The notes under the pieces: generated by a model
What the model was told of the DNA's origin: nothing
The model's input: the letters and a program-made list of their open reading frames with translations, nothing else
The model's database searches: none
Program-made: the position numbers and the translations under genes
Source: Azolla caroliniana
Taxonomy: Eukaryota; Plantae; Polypodiophyta
Direction: 5' to 3'
NCBI GenBank assembly: GCA_043228905.1
Contig: JBHGNT010000055.1
Location: forward strand, 62,001-126,000
Length of the DNA: 64,000 bases
Shown: positions 56,284-64,000 of the stretch, in pieces
How the letters are laid out: every line of letters begins with the position of its first letter
How positions within the stretch are numbered: position 1 is the stretch's first letter

Positions 56284-56766
56284 CAGACTCATACAATGAT
56301 CGAGAGGCCTTAAAGGCTTGATGGGATATTCTATCATGTGGTTGGCTATGTATCCTGTGGATAAAGACTACAACTTGAAAAAGTGCCTCTACTAACATCA
56401 AGGGTAGAGTGGACTCAGCCCTAATAATGTCATGTGGTATAGTCGATTTGCTTCAGAGTTGGCGTGATAATATCATCACTAATGGTCTCTCTAATTGTGT
56501 CGACATGAAAGAGATACATGAGGCTTTTCTATTGTAACCTGCGGGTGGCGAAGACAGAGCTGGAGGTCGTTGCCTCCGAGTCTCCCATTGTATCATTCCT
56601 CTCATAGTGATTGTTGGAGACTGTGGGCTCCCGTAGTTTTTCCCTTTTAGGGTTTTCCATGTAAACATGTTGTGTCGGCTTATTTCTTGTTTTATTTACT
56701 TCCTCCATTGAGTATTTAAGACTCGGTTGTGGCTGAGCATTATTCCTCACAATCTAGTATCAGAGC
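56284..56766 (+). mobile_element. 3' part of an LTR of a second Copia-like family with degenerate tRNA-iMet PBS
   Basis: It has the LTR-typical tttttcccttttagggttttccatgtaaa motif (~56637), ends ...cctcaca at 56751, and is followed by tagtatcagagc at 56755-56766 (TGG>TAG). The left boundary is uncertain. Confidence 0.6.
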
Positions 56767-56771
56767 AAGGA

Positions 56772-58115
56772 AGATCCATTCGGCGGCATGTTGCGGTGTC
56801 GACGCTTCTCCTGCTGCCTTTTCTTCCGCTTGGGCCTCGGTTGATTCAGCGTATCTGAATCAAACATCCGAACCAACTCGGCTACCTCCCATCGGTTTTC
56901 GCTCTCGTCCGAGTTGGCTGTCTCCAACTCGTCTTCGGTTTTCTCGCCCTCGATGGCGTCATCTCCCCTATCCGTGGTTGGCTTCAGCTCTCTCCTTCGG
57001 CTGCTCCCCTTCTATCCGCTTCCGAACTTCTCCGCGGGTCCATCCTCGGCTTCTTCAGCCGATCCGAAGTCGAACTTGTCAACTGACTCGGTGTCGCGGT
57101 CTCCACTGCTTTCCTGTTGCTTTGCTTCGTCGTTCGGGACTGTTCTCCCCCTAAGTTCGGCACGTCAAGGTGACGCAATCCGAGCGCACCTGAGAATTAC
57201 CGCAACTTGTCCAGACCAAGAGGCTTGGTGAAGATGTCGGCAGCCTGCCGATCCGTCGGAACGTACTGAGGTTCGACTTCACCGGAAAGGACACGCTCAC
57301 GGACGAAATGGTAGTGCACCTCAATGTGCTTGGTCCGTGAGTGGAAGACGGGGTTCTTCACGAGTTGGATGTTGCTGAGGTTGTCGCAGTAGATCGCCGT
57401 TGGATCGGACACCTCCTCTTGCAGGTCCTTAAGTAGCCGCTTCAACCATATGGCTTCGCATGTCACGACAGCCGCTCCTCGGTACTCAGCTTCGGTGCTC
57501 GACAGTGCAACTATCGACTGCTTCTTACTGCTCCACGCGATCGCGGCACTCCCGAGGGAGAACACGTATCCAGACGTGGATCGGCGATCGGCGGCGTTGC
57601 CAGCCCAATCAGCATCGGTGTAGCTGACTAACTGCGCGGCTGCACCGGTCCGATATAGCAGTCCCTGGTCCTTAGTGCCGTTGACATACCGAAGTATGCG
57701 TTGCGCACACTGAAGGTGCTCCTCGGTAGGTCGCGCCATGAATTGACTGACCACCCCGACCGGATAACTGAGGTCGGGTCGGGTGGTGGTCAAGTATATG
57801 AGGCTTCCGACAATTTGTCGGAACCTCGTCGGGTCGCATACCTTTCCCGTATCGGAACGAAGCTTCACGGTTCTATCCAGAGGAGTCGAGACGGTCTTAC
57901 AGTCGGCCATCCCGAATTTGAAGAGCATACTCAGCACGTAGTGACGTTGGCTAATCAATATGCCTTCGGGGGTACGGATCACTTCGATCCCGAGGAAGTA
58001 ATGAAGGTCCCCCAGATCCTTCATGTCGAACGATGCCGCAAGCTGGAGCTTCACGCGGTCGATTTCACCTAGGTCAGCGCCGGTGATGACCAAGTCATCA
58101 ACATATAAGAGCAAG
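56772..58115 (-). pseudogene. Ty1/Copia pol fragment: RT C-terminal half + RNase H + acidic/basic tail
   Basis: Motifs present: LLYVDDLVITG, MKDLGDLHYFLGIEV, GSLIYLTTTRPDL, YTDADWAG..DRRSTSG, SSTEAEY, IYCDN, HSRTKHIEVHYHFVRE, ADIFTKPL. It is truncated just before YVDD, with a premature TAA at 57197. Confidence 0.96.
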
Positions 58116-59700
58116 AGCCGCCTAACTTGGTTCAAGGAATAAACATGAGAACCCAAGAGGAGGAGGCAGAGGAAGAACCTGCCGACACTCCCCTACGTTG
58201 TCGGAAGAGAAGCGACACAGAGCAGAAAGGGGACGAATTGGGACCGTTAAAAGACAGCACACCGATAGGACCAGAACCGCTGGCGCCGGTGACTGAGCAG
58301 ACAGATAACACACCAGTAGCTCCTACAGCACCGGACACAAGCATCACACGGGAGCAAGAACTCTCCACTATCAGGGAAGAGTTAGAAGCCCAGGAGGCCT
58401 TGAGGGCTAGAGAACAAGAGCAGAAGAAGGCAACGGAGGATGAGTAACGAAGACTCGAAGAAAATATCCGGAAAAGCTATCAATTCAATGACCGGTTGAA
58501 GGAAGAAAAGGAGAAGCTGCTACAAGAGAAGGATAAGCTCCGGCGATCGGCAGAAACTAAAATCAAGCAGCTCAAAGAAGAACTTCGACAACAGAAAAAC
58601 CGGGAAGACCGCGCCCGACGCCAAATAAACCAAAAGCTGAAGCAGAAGACAGAGGATTTTGAACGACTACACTGGGATCGCAAGCATTTGGATGCGGAGC
58701 ATAGGAAGTTGATGGCAGAAGGTGTCTGGCAATAGGAGGAGCTACGGAAACTTCGGAAGGAAGTCAACAGGGCGACAGAGGCATTGGAAGAAGCAGCAAG
58801 GGACCGGATGGAGCTCAACCGGCAGCATTATGAGGAGACGGAATGGGCAAAGATGGTGTTGAATAGTGTTCAGAGCACTTATCAAACTCAATTCCTGGAA
58901 TATGAGGTGCAGGCACAGGCAACCGCGGGCCTGATAAAGAAGTTAAAAGAGGAAAAGTAGGTTGCGGAGGACAAGTCCAAGATGGGGCTCGGCCGGAGCC
59001 GCACCATTGTGCTGGGATGGAAAGAATGAACAAAGAGTATGATTGGTGAAAGCTCAGTGCAATGGTGGTCAAAATGGGTACAACAAGCAGCGGAATTATA
59101 GACATTGCAAGCGGATGCGGAAAACCGGAGAAAGAAAAGTGACAACTTCTACAAGATGGATGTGAAGAGTATTGTAACCATTCGGGAGGAGTTGTCGAAG
59201 GATTTCTTGTCCCTAACAGGGGAACAATTCATGGTTGTAAGGCAGCTGGTACAACAACTAGATGATGACCAGCTTGGCACTCAACTCCAGCTCGAGCGAT
59301 ACGAACGAGAGCGAAGACAACAGATAGCATCGCAAATGTCGACGGCAATTAACATCAGTGATGGAGAGAAGTCTCTAGAGCAACCACCGAATGTAGCCAA
59401 GACTAGAGGAGGCCAGCCAAACGAAGCCCAAGTAGAACAGCCAAAAGAAGTCAGACCAGAGGAGCTAGACAAAGCCCCAGTGCAGTAGTAGGAGGAGCCA
59501 AGGATGGAGGATCCGGAGCCACAAGCGCTGAGACCAGTAGAGCCGGAAAGGAAGAGCAGGCTGGAGAGCAGGACGAAGACCAACAACAACTACTACTACT
59601 ACAACCGGAGAAGCAACAGCAACAGCCAATGGAGCAACTACCCGATGAACCGTTGGCACCCTTGGACCAGAGCATTCTGGACATTTTGGAGGATGAATGA
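58110..59700 (+). pseudogene. Decayed ~530-codon E/K/R/Q-rich coiled-coil ORF, probably a retrotransposon accessory ORF
   Basis: ORFs 58127, 58496, 59105 and 59504 share one frame, and the gaps translate as helical sequence (EELRKLRKEVNRATEALEEAARDR...). About 7 internal stops are present, plus a probable frameshift near 59550 giving ...LDQSILDILEDE* at 59700. Confidence 0.65.
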
Positions 59701-59753
59701 AGGGGCGAACCGTGGGTTCGACGTACAATGTATTGTCCCACGGGTGTGCCATG

Positions 59754-60190
59754 TGTTGGCCAGTTAGGCTAGAGTATGAAAGGGGAATCAGTTTTGGGAG
59801 TTGTAATTAGATAAATTATAATAATTATAAGATCGGACGGACGAACCCGGAATCGGTATGCCGATCCGGATCTGGACCGGTTCGTAGACGGTTGCCGGTT
59901 GGCATCGGTTTGTAGCACAACTGGATACCTATAAAAGGATCCATAGATGATGTCATTAGAGACGGATAATTAATAGAGAGGTGTTGTGTCTTTACATATT
60001 GTGTATCTTGTTAATATCGGTGATTATCAAACACGTGTATCAAGTTAATCATTCCGGATAGTAACTGGGAAGGATCGGTCCTGTATCACAGTCTGCACAT
60101 TCCTTACCATACCACCCCTTTGGTGAAGTGTTCCAAAGGGACACCCTGTGTTAGCGGCTTGTCCAGCCCGGTGACCCTAACCGGCCAACA
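59754..60190 (+). mobile_element. LTR (437 bp) with 15-bp terminal inverted repeats; solo or 3' LTR
   Basis: tgttggccagttagg ... cctaaccggccaaca form a 14/15 inverted match. TATAAAA lies at 59930-59936, and the flanks are ccatg/ccgtg. Confidence 0.75.
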
Positions 60191-60199
60191 CCGTGACCC

Positions 60200-60519
60200 C
60201 TAGAAAACCTAGAACGGTTGACCGAAACTCGCCTTCTCGCATTCCAAGCACTCTTGACAGAGAAAGCCAATAGAAAGGCGTGGCAGACAACAAAGTAAGG
60301 GATAAAGATCTAGCTGAAGGGGACATGGCTCTCAAATTCGTGTCTCAATGACACAAAAAGAAGCTCAAATTATGAGGCGAAGGCCCCTATGTAGTCTCGG
60401 AGATTACCAAGACAGGAGCATGTTGAATACGCACGCACGAAGGAATCGACATCCGAGGATTCATCAATTGGAACAAGCTCAAATGTTACTATGGACCCCT
60501 CACCCTCGAAGCCCTATTC
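60200..60519 (+). pseudogene. Ty3/Gypsy (non-chromovirus-like) integrase C-terminal GPY/F module
   Basis: Manual translation gives LENLERLTETRLLAF...NRKAW/DNKVRDKDLAEGDMALKF...KKLKL*GEGPYVVSEITKTGAC*IRTHEG...FINWNKLKCYYG, with 3 stops and 1 frameshift. Confidence 0.82.
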
Positions 60520-61299
60520 ATGGCTCGACAACGAGAAGTGGAAGCCAAACTTAAAGCATCCAAAGGCCAAATGGCCCTCTTAGAAACCGACCTTCACAAC
60601 GTGCAAGCGAAACTGAAAGGACAAGGTGACGCCCACCCCGTGGCTATGGCTAGGTCGATAGACCCTAATGACGTGACAACACACCTACCATGCTTCGCTG
60701 ACGGCGTACCTCTAACAACAGTAATCGATACTGGAGCATCACTAACCCTTTTCTCCTTCGAAACGTGGGAGCATCTCCCAGACCTCGAAGCGTGCAACGA
60801 CAACTTCCTTGGCTTCAATGGTTCCACATCACATTGCCTCGGAGCCTTTGTGTGTAACATCAAGACACAATATTGTAACCACTCAATTCGAGTTATGGTC
60901 CTCCCACCGAAAGTGTTGTACACCACGTGACTCCTCGGTTTGGATTGGTGTCACGTAAGGGAATGTCTCCTATTACCAAGCAAGAACATTGTCTCCTTTC
61001 AAACTACAATTGGTGTGAAGTTCGAGAAACTCGTTGCAACAACACTCGAACCACATCCCACCAATCTCGACGAACTCTAGAGCATGAAAACACCCAACCA
61101 ACAAGAACTCGCTCAATCACCGGCCACCCAAGGTCAAAGTAACGCTAACATCGGAACAAGGACATCCACGCCATGCAAGTGGGTGAATGTTCACACGACC
61201 TTCGCCGAAGGACCAGGCCGCGGAGAATGTGTTGTTAGGCGAGTCAGAAAAGAACTCACAAACGCCCAAGGTTGGCACAAAGGTGCCACTCGCTTCTGA
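60520..61299 (+). pseudogene. Retropepsin-like aspartic protease domain plus tail, in frame with the upstream integrase end
   Basis: Motifs are VIDTGASLTLFS (active site), FLGFNGSTSHCLG (flap) and, after a TGA at 60928, LLGLDWC. The same frame continues into ORF 61084-61299. Confidence 0.78.
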
Positions 61300-61530
61300 T
61301 ATTACCGATTAGGAACACGGTCTACGGTCAGTCCTTCGACCTAGACCTCAAACGCGCATCCCGACCATGCCATGTGCATCCCGACTTAGCCAAAACCATT
61401 CCAAGCAATACATCCACATTTATCTATTCGAACAGTGTGGTTTGAATCATCCCAACCAGTGTTGCCTTTTGACGGCTAACATTGCCTGTCATGAGAACGG
61501 TATTCCAAAAAATTTGCGTGTCGAATGACG

Positions 61531-64000
61531 ATTTGTTTCTCAATTCTATATTATAGACTGCATCGTTAGCTTCAATGTGCATGGTTCAACATAGAAATCC
61601 GATATCACACGAGCCAGGTATGAACATTTTCATTTACTCACGCGCTCTTGTCTATGCCCTCCTCAACTTTGCTTTCTTGTTCATGTCTCTCGACCTGAGT
61701 TTCAAAATCAGGGTTTTCCAATTCTATATCATAGTCAACTTTGTAAGTTTCGATTTCATGTTTGAACACAAAAATCCGATATCACACGAGCCAGCTATGA
61801 ACATTTTCATTTACTCACGCGCTCTTGTCTACGCCCTCCTCAACTTTCCTTTTTTCTTCATGTCTCTCGACCTGAGTTTCAAAATCATGATTTTCCTATT
61901 CTACATTGTAGTAACTTTGTTAGGTTCAATTCGCATGTTTGAACACAGAAATTCGATATCACACGAGCAAGGTATGAACATTTTCATTTATTCACGTGCT
62001 CTTCTCTACGTCGTCCTTAACTTTTCTTTTTTCTTCATGTCTCTCGACTTGAGTTTCAAAATCATGATTTTTCAATTCTATATCATAGAGTCCATCGTTA
62101 GCTTCCATGTGCTTGTTAGAACACAAAAATCCGATATCACAAAATCTAGGTATAAACATTTTCATTTACTAACATCCTCTTCTCTAAAACCTCCTCAACT
62201 TTGCTTTCTTATTCATGTCATGATTTTTTATTTCCATATCATAGCTAGCGTTGTTAGCTTAAAATCGCATTTTTGAGCACAAAAAACCGATATCACATGA
62301 GGCACGTATGAAAATTTTCATTTCTTGACGCGGTCTTCTGTACAACCTCCTCAACTTTTTGTTTCTCTTCATGTCTCTCGACTTGACTTTCAAAATCATG
62401 ATTTCTCAATTCTATATTGTAGAGTGCTTCTGTGAGCTTCAATTCACATGTTTGAACACAAAAATCCGATATAACACGAGCCAGGTCTGAACATTTTATT
62501 TTTCTCACGCGCTCTTGTCTACGTCGTCCTTAACTTTGCTTTTTTGTTCATGTCTCCCGACTTGAGTCTTAAAATCATGATTTTCCAATTCTATATCATA
62601 GACTGCGTTGTTAGCTTTGATGTGCAGGTTTGAACACAAAAATACGATATCACAAGAACCAGGTATGAACATTTTCATTTACTCACGCGCTTTGGTCAAT
62701 GTCGTCCTCAACTTTGCTTTTTTCTTCATGTCTCTGGACCTGAGTTTCAAAATCATGGTTTATCAATTCTATATTATAGAGTGCGTCGTTACCTTCGATG
62801 TCCATGTATGAACACAAAAATCCGATATCACACGAGCCATGTATGAACATTTTCATTTACTCACGCGCTCTTGTCTATGCCCTCCTCAACTTTGCTTTTT
62901 TCTTCATGTCTCTGGACCTGAGTTTCAAAATCATGGTTTCTCAATTCTATATTATAGAGTGCGTCGTTAGCGATGTCCATGTTTGAACACAGAAATCCGT
63001 TATCACACGATCCAGGTATGAACATTTTCATTTATTGATGCATTGTTCTCACTGTCCTCCTCAGCTTTACATTTTTCTTCATGTCTCTCGACCTCAGTTT
63101 CGAAATCATGATTTTGCATGTCTATATTATAGAGTGCATTGGTAGCTTCCATGTGCATATATGAACACAAAAATCCGATATCACACGAGCTAGGTATGAA
63201 CATTTTCATTTACTCACGCGCTCTTGTCTATGCCCTCCTCAACTTTGCTTTTTTCTTCATTTCTCAGGACCTGAGTAACAAAATCATGATTTCTCAATTC
63301 TATATTATAGAGTGTGTCGTTAGCTTCGATGTGCATGTTTGAACACAAAAATCCGATATCACACGAGCCAAGTATGAACATTTTCATTTATTGATGCGTT
63401 GTTGTCACGACCCTCCTCAACTTTACTTTTTCTTCATGTCTCTCGATCTGAGTTTCAAAATCATGGTTTTGCAAGTCTATATCATAGAGTGCATCGTAAG
63501 CTTCAATGTGCATGTATAAACACAAAAATGCGATATCACACGAGCCAGGTATGAACATTTTCATTTACTCAAGCACTCTTGTCTACGTCGTCCTTAACTT
63601 TGCTTTTTTCTTCACGTCTCTCGACTTGAGTTTCAAAATCATGATTTGGCAATTCTATATCATAGAGTACATCGTTAGCTTCCATGTGCTTGTTAGAACA
63701 CAAAAATCCAATATCACAAACGCTAGGTATGAACGCGCTCTTGTCTAAAGCCTCCTCAACTTTGCTTTCTTCTTCATGTCTCTCGACCTCAGTTTCAAAA
63801 TCATGATTTTTTATTTCCATATCATAGCTTGTGTTGTTAGCGTAAATTCGCATGTTTGAACACAAAAATCCGATATCACACCAGCCACGTATGAAAATTT
63901 CATTTACTGAGGCGCTCTTGTCTACAACCTCCTCAACTTAACGTTTTTCTTCATGTCTCTCGACTTGAGTTTCAAAATCATGATTTCTAAACTTTATATT
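61531..64000 (+). repeat. Older, diverged layer of the same 178-bp satellite (~14 monomers)
   Basis: The core boxes are kept (gaacacaaaaatccgatatcacacgagccaggtatgaacatttt; catgtctctcgacctgagtttcaaaatc). Variants differ (ttttcatttactcacgcgctcttgtc, caactttgcttttttc), with internal deletions at ~62218 and ~63733. Orientation matches the main array. Confidence 0.95.

Noticed and set aside
55259-56336. Intact TRIM/mini-retrotransposon with 419-bp LTRs
   Set aside because: There is no PPT and no TSD around the pair, and identity runs past the putative end. A solo LTR plus 5' LTR with a shared flank fits better.
59504-59767. ORF with NNNYYYYN low-complexity tract
   Set aside because: It is probably the wrong frame after a frameshift. 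The alternate frame (QQQLLLLQPEKQQQQP...LEDE*) matches the upstream protein's composition.
61575-62276. 233-aa hydrophobic repeat ORF resembling a membrane protein
   Set aside because: It is a translation of four T-rich diverged satellite monomers.

Overview
This is eukaryotic, most likely non-seed-plant (fern/lycophyte/bryophyte-like; inferred from retroelement protein style) heterochromatin, and I found no host genes. Positions 1-~52650 are a head-to-tail array of about 296 copies of a 178-bp satellite (some monomers 177 bp). It is highly homogeneous to ~51000, with shifting higher-order repeats (3-, 8-, 9-, 11-, 13-, 14-, 19-, 28/31-mers), then abruptly more diverged. An ~8.9-kb island of scrambled, decayed LTR-retrotransposon pieces follows (52653-61530). 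It holds a Ty3/Gypsy-like 5' end with a tRNA-Trp PBS, two Copia LTRs sharing one flank, Copia gag and RT-RNaseH fragments, a long coiled-coil pseudo-ORF, an LTR with 15-bp TIRs, and an integrase GPY/F module fused in frame to a downstream aspartic protease. An older, diverged layer of the same satellite resumes in the same orientation (61531-64000). The window looks like the edge of a candidate centromeric satellite array. All comparisons were made by eye, so boundaries are approximate.
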